DNA from: Klebsormidium nitens
Taxonomy: Eukaryota > Plantae > Klebsormidiophyceae
DNA length: 64,000 nt
Reading direction: 5' to 3'
Assembly: GCA_000708835.1 (NCBI GenBank)
Contig: DF237144.1
Coordinates: 62,001-126,000, forward strand
The notes beneath the pieces are model-generated. The model was not told the DNA's origin. It did no database searches and saw nothing but the letters and a program-made list of their open reading frames with translations. Position numbers and translations under genes: made by a program. Shown in pieces: positions 11,947 to 24,608 of the stretch; position 1 is the stretch's first letter; each line of letters starts with the position of its first letter.

Positions 11947-14900
11947 CTACGGCCGTGAGCCCGCTCCCCCTATACCATGCGAAATATGCATAGAAATAAA
12001 ACCGCCTGGATAGTAGCCCGCGTCATGGAACGTCCCGCCGTCTTCGAGCGCCGGAGACGCAGCATCCTCGTCGATCTTGGACACGCGCACGTCGAGGCCT
12101 CGTTCCACGAGCCGCTTGCGAAACTCTTCGAACATTCCAAGATCTCGCACAGCGGAGACGAGCAGACACTGGCCGTGGGGCTGAGCCATGCGACGCTTGA
12201 TTACGGCCTGGGGCGGGAAAAGGAAATTGCTAAGGAACTCCGACGCCTTTACTTGTCACCTCCCATTCGCTCTTCTGTTGTAGCAGTGTCTATCGGTAAC
12301 CGTTAATGGCCGGAACCTTCGCCAGGTTGATCCCGTTGCCCCAGAACGAAACTGGAGCGACTACCCCCGTGTGAACCCCAGCTGAACCCTCATTCAAGAA
12401 ATAAGGACTCAACTATTCCTGCACAATCCCCGTATTTCAAGGAGCAGAACAGGCTGGTTGCCTGGTACATAAGGCGACAGCCCACTGAAAAACGGTCAGG
12501 GGCTTATTACACCCGGTCGTTCAGTCAAGGCCTGAAACAAGTGCCGTGTAGCATGCGAGAATGTAAAAAGTGTATGAATTGACTCAGCGGGAAGTCAATC
12601 CGTGAACGTCGTCTGCTTGAGAAACGATGTCCTAGCACACGCCCGACGGTCTGGGCTGGCGGATCTGACCAGAGATCGCCGAGCCCAGTTTCTCGAACGG
12701 CGAGCTTTCCGACGCTGGGGTTCGGTAGGAAAGCCAACATACACTTCTGAAACTACGATGTGGGGGGGATGTGGGGGGCAAGTTTGAAAGGCTGGATACA
12801 AAGACGGACTCCAGCTTCAGCAGTCAGGGCTTCAAGGAAAGACTCCGACTCACGAGTCCTAGGTATTTAGCAGCGTACTCGTTAGATTCAACGGTGACGA
12901 TCAACGCCGGTCTCTTCCCTCGTGCCACTTTCAACTCTGGACTTATGCCAGAAAGAACGGAGCTTCGGCTCCTGCGTTGACGAAACTTTTTGGTGAAAAA
13001 GGACACTGTTGAAAGAGGCTCGGTGGAACTCACCGAAAGGGACTCGATCGCCGCGGCGCTGTACAGGCAGTCACTCCCAACGATGATGTCAAACACCTCG
13101 TCAGCAGCCAGCTTCGGGGGACTCGTGCCGGCCTGCACAGGGAACTCTTTGCAGTGAGGACTTAAGAACGCAGATGGAGGACACCAGTAATTTTCCAGCA
13201 AACACTCGCAGTCTCCGTCCGTCTGAGCAACGAGTACAGAAGAGCGAATGCGACGTAGCGATAGATGACTCATTCGGCTGTCTCTTGGCACCTGTTACAG
13301 CCGTCGAAAATCTGGAGCCGACTCAGGAGCAGATCAGTAACCATCGGCCCGTTACTTATTTGAAGATAAAGAGAAAGAATACAACAACTAAAGGATGCTT
13401 TAAGAAATGAGCTTTAAACATCTCTCGCAACACGCTCACCTGCGCTTCAGCCAGTTGCACTTGACCCGTCCCAAGCGCCGCAGCGTCGTCGTCCCATTCT
13501 AGTTGCCGCACCCGCACCAATGACGCGCCCCCGTTCACACCACCCGGGGAGTCCCCATTCACACCACCCGCCAGGGAAGTATTTACATCATCCCCGTGCT
13601 CACCGACTTCTACCCCCCCAGACACAGCGGAATCGTCAGACCAGCCCCCCGGAATCGTGTACCAAGAATCCCAGCTTGACTCAAAACGCCCCGGTTTTGA
13701 AACGGGGGGTAGAAACTGCTGGGTTTTGGTGGGGGAGGCTTTGAGGGAGAGAAAGGGTTGGGGGCCGAGGGGGGGAGAGCGGAAAGATAGGCCGTTGAAT
13801 GCTGCGGTTGGAGACTGGGGGCGGTTTTGGATTAGGTGGGCCCGTCTGATTGGGTCAGGACCCTCGATTAGGTTGACCGCTTCGTTCACTCCTAACCCTA
13901 GATAACCGTCGCCACTGTCCATGGATCTCAGCCCGAGACCGCTACTAGGGCCAAGAGTGCCGAGGGGGGGTAAACCGGTGGGGCGCACGAGCCCCCCGAA
14001 AGCGGTTAGCTTGTTTGCGGCGTCGTTTGCAGTACGAGCGGCAAAGGAAGTCGGACGGTTGTCGGTTTCAGAGGCGTCTGCCAAACGGTGAAGTGAATCG
14101 CTGGAGACGACTTTCTGAAAGTCTCTCTGGCTGTTAATGGTTGCGTTTGTGGTCCAGGGTGCGTCGGATTGCTTCGCCGGGGGGTCCTTGGACGGGGCCA
14201 ATTCACCCCCCCGGTCGGAAGGCGCAGGTTCGCACAAGAGGGTCCGCACCGAGTCGCGAAGGTTAACGAGGAGGGGTATGGTGTTGTCAGTTAGGGTTAC
14301 CTGCGAAGGAAAGGTTCAGGATGAGTGGACTAATCTGAAACGTTAAATTGAAGTTATGAACGAGGTTCGATAGACGGGGCCCACTGTCGAACAGTAAAGC
14401 TCATCGTCGTTCAGCAGCCTCCCTTTATCAAGTGTGCCCATGCTGATTCGTTTTTCATAATTTCACCCGAATCCGTCTAGGCGACTAAGACTGACATAAG
14501 AGTGGACACCCGACTTTTAGGTCGGTGACGTAATCTTTCAAATTGAAAGTCATACAGGATTGGTTTATCAGCTAAGCAGAGAACCTCTTTTGCGACGCTC
14601 GCTGCGACTCCAAGAGGAATAAGCAGAAAGCTAGCTCTTTAGCAGTCCCAGTATACTGAAGCAGAAACCTAGCTCTATAGCAGTCCCAGTATACTAAAAT
14701 CATTGCAATCGAGTGCTCTGTAGACTCGAGAACAGCTGGTTCAGAAGCCGGTCTCTTTCCATTTCTTTTTCGAGCAACTCCTTATTCGAACAATTCGAGA
14801 GAGTTCACGACCAGATCTGTGCTGTAAGAACTGTGTTTCCGTATTCTCTTTGTGTTCTGCAAGACATTTCCCGACGATGACTCGACAAAAGCTTTCCACC

Positions 14901-17900
14901 CTTGCTTCTCCGGAATTGAGAGTGTACCGGTCATGCAAGGCTCAGAATGATCCCACAGGCGAAAAGAAGCGGGAACAAACCACTATTTGACAAGAGAAGG
15001 CGACTCACGTCCTGAGCGCCCAGCTTGGTCGCCAAGAATCCGCACAGCCCACAGCCGCTGCCTATCTCGAGCACGCTTTTCCCGGCGACCAAAGACGGGT
15101 CGGCTGACAGCTGGTCACCCAAAAGCACAGCCCTGCAGTGGAAGAGTATTGAGCAGATAAGCGATCGGTAGAAAGAATTAGTTTGGCCGTCAAAGGAACG
15201 ATAAGGGCGCTATGCTAGCTTTCGTTCCTGCACGATTGCACGGATGGCCAAATGACTTATTGTAGGCGATTCGTAAGGATGCTTTGTTTATCAAGAGAAT
15301 GGCCGGTGCAAGGGCGCGTACGTGTAGAGACTTTGTTCGCCAAAGCGTCGCACAATTTATGAATCCAGGTCAGAACTCAAAAAGAGAGGATTGGGAAAGA
15401 GATGAAAGCAAAGAGAAGGGACTGAGGGTAGCAAGAAAAGGTACAAGAAGACTCGCGCTTTGCAGACTCATCACAGAGAACGAGGAACGAAGGGAATGGG
15501 AAGGAGCAGAGACAGGGGATGAAAGCTAGCAAGAGGAGGGCCCAAGAAGACTCACGCTTTCCAGACTTTGCATCCGAGGCCAGTGTCGGAAAACTGCGTC
15601 TCCCGGACACTGACGGAAGTGCCGTCCGAAAAATCAAATACCTGAAGGGGGCGGCGAATTCGAGGTGAGCGACTCTGTAAAGCACTCAGATTACGAGACA
15701 GTCTCAACGTACCAAACGTGAAATCACTAGGAGTCCGTTCCTTGGAACCTCGCAGAGGTGCCCTCGAAAGGAAGAAAAGATTTGGAAGGAGCGGCGTAAT
15801 TGGGTACGGGCGACCTTCGTGAGAAGCCAGACTTCCGAAAACGACTTAGAGAACCGGGAAGCGGCAAGATTGAGGAGCGACGAGCGACGAGCGACTCCAG
15901 CAGCGTTTTGCAACGCAATCACTTTTGAGTGCGAAAGCCAACAAAGGTCGAACCACCAGCACTAGCACTTCACGTGGCTCCCACTCCCACCTCGAAGGAC
16001 GGATCTATTTATATGTCCACTTGTGGGATGCTAAATGAAGTCGCCAGTCTCCGCTTCCTACCTTTTCTTAAGAGGCCGAGGTTGCAACCATGGTTCGCTT
16101 AGGAGGACTTCTATATCCCTAAACTGTCTTGGCATCACTTCACTTTCAAAGCTAAGCGCGCCAATCCCGCTGATGAGTCGTTAAAAAGACCGTCAATTTA
16201 TCTTGTCCTAGGATCCGCTTGAAATGCTCCGAAGATGAAGGCATTGACCTTCACAAGTCGGACAGGCAAGCGGCGACTCCACTTACAGGGCCTCTCTAAA
16301 CACAGAGTGAACTGACTGCCCATACGCGTTTTCCGTAAGGGCCCATTTCGGCAGCAGTGGATGTCAAAGCAATGCTGGCAAGCAGCTTCGATTTCGTTTT
16401 CAGGGCCTCTACAAAGTCTGGGGCCCTACCTTGACCATGGGCTTGGATTGGAAGGCCCCATTGCAGTGGGAAATGACGTCAGCGGCGGACTCCATCATCT
16501 CTTCGTCGTCACTGTCCAGTAGTTTGATCATCAGGTTAACCCCGCCCTCCTGCTTGATTCCTGCAAAACGACGGGGTTGAAAGCTGGTTAGGGGCATAGT
16601 TGGTGCAACGCTCAGGGGTTAGTGTGCATACAAGTATTCCGCTTTTGTGGACGAAACTTTTGATCTGAAAGCCTTCAATGGCAACCTATCTCTGCAGGAA
16701 GCCAAACTAGGCTGGGGGCTTTCACAAACGGCACAGGGAGGAGCATGCAGGAAGTTTACCTGGTGAAATATACTTGGTGATTTGTCCAGTATTGCCCGCA
16801 TACTCGCAAACTCATCATCCGAAGCATTTCGGGGACCCCTACGCTTTATGGTGCAGTTTGCTCCTTGAGCCTGACCATCTGATGCTTGGCACTCTCACTG
16901 CAATCCTTGCTCCGCCTCCGATGACAGCGCAAAATGGAATCTCATTGCGGAAACCAACAAAATAATGCCAACAAACCGAAAAATCATTAGTACGTGGGCT
17001 GTTTTCTGCTGACGCAATTCCAACGCCAAGTGCTGGCGCTTACTCTGTACAATCGTCTCGCCCAAAACGGCAGCACTGGCCAGGTGCTTTGCCGCAGCCC
17101 TCTCCTCCGGAGTCCACCCCCTCTCCCTCGCCTGCCGTTTCAGCCCCCCCCTGAGGACGTCCAGCCACGTGGTGACGTCAGCAGCTACCAACGCCAGCTC
17201 AGCGGCTTGCTGCTCTCGAAATTCCCGGCTGCCCCTCCTGGGAAGGCCCAGGTTCTCTCTCGAACCGCTCTTCTTGACATCGCCGAACGGCGCTGCAGGG
17301 TCTCCCCCAGCTTTGCCCACTTCAGTGTCAAACTCCCGGCTCCCCCTTGAGGGTAGCCCCAGGTCGTCCCTCGACCCGCTCTTCTTGACACCACCCGGAA
17401 CATTAGCAGGGCCCTGACCGACCCCTTGGGCTCTGGTGTCAATCTCATCCCGGAAAGACGCTCCACTTCCGGCAGAAAAGGCAGGCGTGGTGGTGGGGCT
17501 TTCCCACGTTTTCTGGGGGGGTAATTCCAGGGGTGAAATATCCCCCAACTCCGGAGACTCCGCCTCCTCGGGCACCGGGCTCGCCGCCTCCTTCAGGCAG
17601 GCCAGGTCCAGAGTCAGATTCGCCCAATGAGAAAGCGACACCTGGCTGACCAGCGAGTTCGCCGACGGCTCTTCGGTGACGAAAGCGGCTTGATGGCTCG
17701 CCACTGGTGTAAACACGCCCCCGTCCCCACTCGGGAGCTGTTCCGGACGTGCCGTTGCCGCATGTCCGTCGGTTCGGGGGGGTTCCGAGACGTCCAATGG
17801 AGTGCATGTTTCGTCCCCCGCTGGTGCATGGCTCGCACCCTCTTGCACCTTACAGCTGTCCCCATCCTGCGGTGCACAGCTGTCATCACCTGGATACGTC

Positions 17901-20900
17901 CACGTGGCAGCAGCCCGTTGGCCTTCGCTTTGCCGGTTTGATCCGAGGGGCTCGGCGGCTGGGCCGATGTCCATTGGGGAAACCCCCTGATCCGATTGCT
18001 GCCCCAACGAGCCCCCCCCCGGGGACCGGTAGCTGGGGTACCGGGTACTGACGTAAGCCACCTCGCGGCCGGTTCGCACCACGTATGTCTCTACCGGGCT
18101 CAGGGGGTGGGCCCTTGGGAAGGCTCCGAAGGGACTAGAGGGAGTTTCCGAGCGAGGAGAGGAGGCCGTTGGTTGAGAACGTGAGGGAGGGGTGAATGTT
18201 TCCCCGGGCCATGGAGAAGGGGGGTTGTATCCTGAGGGGTCGTCCCAAACTTGCTGCGTCTTGGGAGCAGAGTTTGGAGGGTCCTCGGTGAAAACCCGGC
18301 TGGGAGACAGCTCAGCCCGGTGCACCGTAAGCATTGACACTGGTACGGCCTGGCGCAGCCGCGGCGAGGCAGACCGTGCCCGCGGTGTCAGCTTCCGCGT
18401 CTGCTGTGGAGAGCAATGTACGGAAAGGCTCCTGTCAAAGGGGTTGCGGTGCAGACCGGCACTCGGCCCGTCTAAGAGCGCGACACCTGTCGATCCCTCC
18501 TCGACAGCTGTCAAAGCCGAGGGATAGTAACTTCTGCTCGCTTGCGATGACTCAGGTTGCTGGCCCCAGATCCGGTGCATCTCCCGCAACTCAACCGACT
18601 CCCGGAAATCCCCAGGAAACTTTGTGGCGTCAGCAGGAACCCCAGTGGCGTCACGTTCAAGCTCCATGCTCCGCCGCATGAATTTCAGCGCCCGGTCGTC
18701 TCCCGCCTCCTCAACGTCGAAGCTGTGCCGCTTTCGGTGGCCCCCAGGGCTCAGCAGCCCCCCCCCTCCGGGGCTGTCAAGGCTACCCGCCCGGGGCGAG
18801 ATATCCCGCAACCATGACTCGTCTGGCGCACTCCCCCCGTACAAAGACTCGCGACCCCTGGAAGGCAGCGACACCCCCGTTCTGAGCCTGCCAGAAAACC
18901 CCCCCCGCAGCGAAAGATCCCTGCCCCACGGATTTCCGGGCTCGGTTCTCTGGCCTTGCTGCTCCCACGTTCCAATACTGCCAGCGCCCACGCCCCGAGG
19001 CGACGAGGTTTCTTCCAGGGGGTCCCCCGAGCCCGAACTTGCACCCCCCCGCACGGCGTCCGCGTCCATGTCTGGTACTTGCGCGTCCAAACGCAGGCTC
19101 TGTTGGCTCGCCCGCTCTTCTGGGAAGAAGTCCGGGTTAATCGCACACAGTGACATCACCTGCTGTCGGTCTGACGCGCCTGACGCATGCTGGAGCGCCC
19201 AGTTGCCAATTGACCCAAGTCCCTGTGAGTTTTGGCTGTTGGGGCTGTGGCCGGAGGACAGGTGTCGCTCGAGGCGGATGCGTGTGGCGCCCAGAAACGG
19301 TTCGCCCCGGGTGGGAATCTGCAAAATTCAGCAGCTCCGCATTTAGTGCTTGAACAGGACTTGGGCAACCAGAACAATGCAGCAACATTGCCACCGAATT
19401 TTGATGTTGATGGCCCCTCACGACCAACAGAACAAAGACTGCGGCAACCAAGGAGCACCGTTATGAAGCATTGCCAAAAGGACTTGGACATCCTGACATG
19501 TTAAGGCTCCTCTGAGGTCCATACTGGCCTTTGTGTCGAGAAGAGTCTAGCTGAGAGACATTTTCCCTTCCAAACGAGCATGACGATCTCATGTCAGGTT
19601 TCATTCAGTTTAAGTTCCTGCCAGCTCACACTTCTGGCCTAAGGTAGCCCCGAAAACGAGAAATGGGAAGCTATTTTATATAAGTAGGTCCAAACTAATC
19701 AAGTTTACTGCCAACTTACACTGCAAGTATCTTCAAAGATGAAGTCCAAACCCTACGCTCATCAATCCTATAGTAGGAAGCGACGCTAAAAGAAGCATGC
19801 CTCGGAGACTCGTGTTATGAAGGACGAGTGTGTCAAAGGAGGGGTCTACCAGAGACTTGACTCAATCAGCAGGAACGTCGTTGTAAGGGACAGTATGCGA
19901 TGGGGAAAAGTGACTCAAGAACGAAATTTTCGCACCTCCCATTCTTCATGCTTGGGAGCCGGTTGTCCCCGGGTCCGCAGCCGGGGAGAGGTGTCTCGGC
20001 CCGCAGGATGCGTTGAAAGCACGGGCGCGACTTGGTCCTGCGAGTATTAGAGGGGGGGAATCGTTAAAAGGAGAACATGCAAGGGCAAAACATCTCAACC
20101 GCCTGGATGGGTGAAAGCACAGGCGCAACAGGTTTTGAAAGGCGAATATTATTTCAGGACGATATGCTTGATACATCTGCAAACTCAGAGAGGGACACGA
20201 TTGGCGGGACTGGAACTCTATTCTGGACAGGCCATATGAACTGCTCAAAGCAATCGACCAAGGACTCTTTCCTTAGCACTACTACTTCTTAAAAGTCATA
20301 CAGACGCCAATCTATACCTTCCCAGAAAAAAACAGCGCATCAACCCTTCTTTCACAAGATACCTGGCCGGGGACGTTACCTGACCTCCAGATGGCCGCTA
20401 CCCTGTGGAGGCGACAAGGCAAAGATTAAAGTCTGGAGTGAAGCATCCACAACGTATATTAGCTTAGTCAGACCATCAGAAGATCACGCACCTGTTGATT
20501 GCGGCTAGACGAAACTTCCCGCTCTTCTTGGCTCCCCCCTTGGCTGGCAAGCTTGCTTAGATACCGGTTCGTTGCAGCCGCCTTCAGTGAAAACACCGCC
20601 GATGCCTCAAGCCGGGGGCCCCCTGCCCCCCTGACTCCGCCCCCCCAGAAGCTCCCTTCTCTAGTTGAGGGGTCCCTTTCAGCAGTGTCTGACACCCCCC
20701 GGGAAGAAACCGTCTGCTGGCTGCTCTCTTGGCTCATGGACGGAACCTGCTGGTAGCTTGGGTATGCTGAAACTTTCCAGGGGGTTTCGGTAGGCTCGAA
20801 GCTGGCCCCCTCCTTTGCTGGAAACCTCCTCCAGGGGGCTGGGGATGGCTCATAAGATCCCCCCTCAATTTGGAAACTTGACGGCCCTGACCCCGTCCAG

Positions 20901-21163
20901 GGGGATCCATACAAGGGCGGCTCGTCGCCCCCATTTGTTGGCAACGAGCTTTGCGGGGGTGCGGAATAGTGGCGTTCGTACCCCCCCCTCGCAGCTGCCC
21001 AGAATCCAGGAGTGCTGTCGCTTTGGCTAGGTGTGTGCCATGCGGAAGGGCTCGTTTCGAGGTCCAAACCACCGAGGTTGGCTGGCGCGGGGGCACTATA
21101 AGAGGGGAGTTGGTCCTCAGAGACACGCTTCCTACTCGCCCATGACCAGAGAGTCGCCGGCAT
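11947..21163 (-). CDS. ~1536-aa protein: long disordered N-terminus, short ARM-like segment and a Methyltransf_16 (METTL21/EEF2KMT-like) SAM-dependent methyltransferase
   Basis: Exons (minus): 20492-21163, 19936-20037, 17044-19318, 16430-16560, 15556-15641, 15009-15132, 13440-14300, 13034-13132, 11947-12207 (4611 nt, all phases consistent). Motifs: SDTGLGCKVWKA|AVLLGDQL, VAGKSVLEIGSGCGLCG, VTLTD, VRVRQLEWDD, FDIIVGSDCLYS. ARM-like segment IKQEGGVNLMIKLLDSDDEEMMESAADVI. The start codon and the joining of the N-terminal exons are less certain than the methyltransferase part. Confidence 0.75.
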
Positions 21164-22893
21164 TTTTTCTCTTTCTCCCCTGTTTTAACATTCGAATTTG
21201 AAACCCCGCTCGTTCTCGTCATGCACCCGTCAGTCCTTCTTTCATGCTTGCTTTGGTATACAGTTCTCTGCTGGCATGTACTACAGTCAGTTGAAGGAAG
21301 AAGAGGGGGTGCTGCTGATGGAACAAAGCGGCCCCTGGAAGAATGCTGCGCGCAAATTTTGGTGCCTGCAGCGCAAATGCTTATGTTAACACTAAGACTT
21401 TGTTGCTTGCCGAGCAGTGAAATATAGAAGGCGTTAAGAAACTGGTTTGATTGATCGCTATAACCCGGCAATTCGGATTGGCCATCACTGTTGTGGTAGC
21501 CCCAAGATTTGAAATCAATAATCCCTATAACCTGGCAATTCAGATTGGATATCATTGTTGCGGTACAAATGCCGATATCTGCTCAGCTCGACATTGAGCA
21601 GAATTCAAGAGTGCATAATTGCAGATTGACAGCACCAAGACAGACAGGACGTAACAACAGGGGGTGCAACGGACTTCTCAAAGACTATGATTAAGTAAAA
21701 GCAGACAAAGATGCTCAAAATTCCTTGTTGTCAAATGGCAGAAGCTCGCAATGGCCGTGACCACCAGAAGAGACGGTTACAAGCCATTGTGTGCCAGTGT
21801 CTCCTTAAGGGAGGCTACAAAGGAATCTTGAGAGTTTATTCTTTGAAGGATTAAGGAAGAGGAAAATACAAGATTTATTGAAGTGACCGGAAGCAAATTC
21901 CTTAGAAAACAATGCAACTTGTTCATTCAGCTCCTCACTTGAAATGCACCTTGAATGAGCAGAGAATATTCTTCTACATACGAGAATGACACAAGGTTGG
22001 ACTACGTTGACTGCAGCCAAAACCGCGCACTCACCAGCTCTAACAAATCAAGAGAACGAACATTGCTGAGCTAAAACTGCGTAGTTCGAGGAGGACCGTC
22101 CATGGCTCAGTCTTTAGGCCGTGTCACATGGTCGATCTCAATCTGCTATTAATCTGCTACATATTACACCCTCTCATCTTGAGCTGCAATTGACGCGACA
22201 TTCTCCTCGCTCGCAGATGCAGAATAGATGGTACTAAAATTGCTCGAGAACAGCATAACGATGCTCAAGATTCAGAAAAAGGATTACGGTCGGTATTCCT
22301 CACCTGCTTGCCTGTGAAAAGTCTCTGATCTGCACTTTGCCAAAGTATCAGAGGGCCCACGCTCCAAGAGAATGCCAAAACTCTCAGGGTTGAGGAACCT
22401 GCCACCTTCTCAACAAACAGTATGTCTATGTCTATCAATAGTATCATCCTGCTGCATACAATGGGGAACTTGGAAGCCCACGCTTTTGAGTTCTTGTTCG
22501 AGGAAAAGATCTTCTTCATGAAAAGTGTCTGCCACGTCATCTGAATATCGAGCGACGCATTGCATCTAGGACTTCTAGAAGAAAGGGCAGACCAACAATA
22601 TGGCAACATTGAACAGAGAGGAGGAAGACCAAGATTGCAATCGTGATCACATCGTCACAGAAATTCACAAATTTAAGAATCTCTGCAGGGCGCTGCAGTC
22701 GCACTATCCCCACGATCCTCCCCAAATCTGAACTTGGATGCGAGGTCCGAGTCCGATCTGATTTATGCCTAGAGTCAATATAATATGCATGGAATACGAT
22801 ATATGATATCGGACTGCATTTGAAACGTACGTACCACACATGCGATGAACGCGCGCACGATACCTAGTCCAATGGCAATGGGGGGAGAAGTTA

Positions 22894-23207
22894 GGGTACC
22901 GTCATATTGTAGTGGGGGCGGGGTAGGTATTCTGATGGGGGGGGGGGCTAGGGCTTGATCTGCTGAGCTAAGGTGGGAGGGGGGGGAGGGCTTGAGCCCT
23001 CTGGCCGGGGAACAGCCCCAGCCCAAATTTTCAGTATGTTCAGGGGCAAAATCCCCCTTTTTTGACCCGGTTTTACCAACTGTAAGGCCCGAGGCTTGGG
23101 GCCCTTTGCCTTAGGCTAGGCCGGAGAGAGGGGGGGGGGCTTGAGGCCTTCTGGGAAAGGGGCCTGTAGAATACCTACCCCGCTGCCACTTCAAAATGAC
23201 GGTACCC
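22894..23207. mobile_element. PIF/Harbinger (Tourist-like) MITE with TTA target-site duplication
   Basis: 40-bp TIRs GGGTACCGTCATATTGTAGTGGGGGCGGGGTAGGTATTCT and AGAATACCTACCCCGCTGCCACTTCAAAATGACGGTACCC (4 mismatches). TTA at 22891-22893 and 23208-23210. G-run-rich interior, 314 bp. Confidence 0.85.
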
Positions 23208-24209
23208 TTAGAAACAGGCCCGCATTGTATTCGTGCTAGGTACGGTATACCCGCCTGGCAATATGTACGTCTCGAAACAAAAAGATATCCTTGAGTACTG
23301 AAATACGCGCGAGCTGAACCCGCCAACCATAAGGGCTTGCGCTGAACTTCGTATACAGCCCATGTGTGCTTATATGTACGTTTTAAACGTGGTAAAAGCC
23401 GACAACATTGTACATATATTGAAGAAAGCTGGGGAATCTATCGATATTTGAACCTGCTGATATTTGTACAAGCCTGCAACCGGGCAATTTGGAAGGTTCG
23501 GTACTTGGAAGGTACTCGAGTACCTACGACTTCGCCCGGGCAGCCTGCCCGGTTCGGTGAAAAGAGTACACTCGGTACAGAAACTCTGGTGCCCAGTAAC
23601 CTCTGTGTAAATTGGTGACACCAAGATGCCCGGTTCGTCGGGAGAAGCTGTGGGTGGTACCGGTACCTAGCAAACCACTGTGCAGTGTGCACAGTGCGCA
23701 CTGCACACTGCACACTGACAAACAGATCGATGATCGATCGACCATCTTCCGTCATTTGTGCTGATCTCTGACAACGTCTGACACATACTTTCTACCTCTT
23801 TACTGGTTTGCCTTATTGCCAGTTTGTGCACGCGCACGCTCGCGCGAAATTGTTCAGGCCTGGTTATGAACCATGACCTTATGATAATCCAGCGGTAACT
23901 TGGATTCCGCGGTTCCGGTCTCCTAGCGTGAGTCAGTTATTAGGGCAGCCTCGGCAGCCCCGGAAGGCGGAACCTGATTCCTGAAGGCTGAAACTTGTCC
24001 GAAGTTTAAACTCCGAAGTTCTCCGCTGCCAGGTGGACGCCTGCTGAGCAAGAATATGCCTATACTAGATATGATTTGCACGGGCTGTCACTTGCACCTG
24101 AGAAATTGCGAATAATTTCTGGCCCTCCAAACTGCTCCAAACTGCTCCAAACTAGTTATGCCATTATGCAAATTACTTTTAAGTTTTCAGCCGGCCTATA
24201 CCTATGTAA

Positions 24210-24608
24210 GGCCGTCCGAATTATATTTCCGGTTTCCTGTCCACCCCCTCCGGGGGTGGGTCGGTCGGTCGGAAGAATATGATAAATATTCCTCAGAGAA
24301 TGGTAAGGGTTATTTTGGCGTATATCAGCGTTACCGCGCTCGTTTGACGTCCAGAAGGCCTCTTCCGGTATGCACCATGAGTTTTCATCAGCTTTGGTGG
24401 TAGACTTGGACTTTCCACCGAGGTACAAACCTTTCAGAGGATCCATGTTGACTGATTGCGGCTTATTGTCAAACCAAAATCTCATTTCTGGACGACAAAT
24501 ATCGGTTTTGACTTCCACAATTTCAGAATATTTTATCAGTCGACTCCGTAATTTCTCAGAATTTGGGTCGGTCGGGGACAGGAAACCGCCAATCAAATTC
24601 GGACGGCC
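24210..24608. mobile_element. PIF/Harbinger-type MITE with TAA target-site duplication (second family)
   Basis: TIRs GGCCGTCCGAATT....CGGTTTCCTGTCC and GGACAGGAAACCG....AATTTCGGACGGCC-like end (...AAATTCGGACGGCC). TAA at 24207-24209 and 24609-24611. 399 bp. Confidence 0.82.

Noticed and set aside
14623-14698. 38-bp two-copy tandem repeat; similar 22-bp duplication at ~38168-38211 and GTATTCYGTATTCC triplet at ~34668-34740
   Set aside because: Ordinary small slippage duplications in non-coding DNA with no splice-site or other functional link.
16895-19324. 809-aa ORF as a stand-alone gene
   Set aside because: It begins at a TTG just before a CAG acceptor (19319-19321) and has a strong GTAAGC donor at 17043. 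It is better explained as internal exon 17044-19318 of the methyltransferase gene.
22265-22640. Possible degenerate coding or TE fragment
   Set aside because: It looks codon-like in places, but has stops in plausible frames and no recognisable motif; cannot be supported without a database search.
23500-23720. Cluster of short palindromes (GGTACTCGAGTACC, GTACCGGTAC, GTGCAGTGTGCACAGTGCGCACTGCACACTGCAC)
   Set aside because: No terminal repeats or target-site duplication defining an element; similar low-complexity palindromes occur in other intergenic regions (e.g. ~35470, ~58540).
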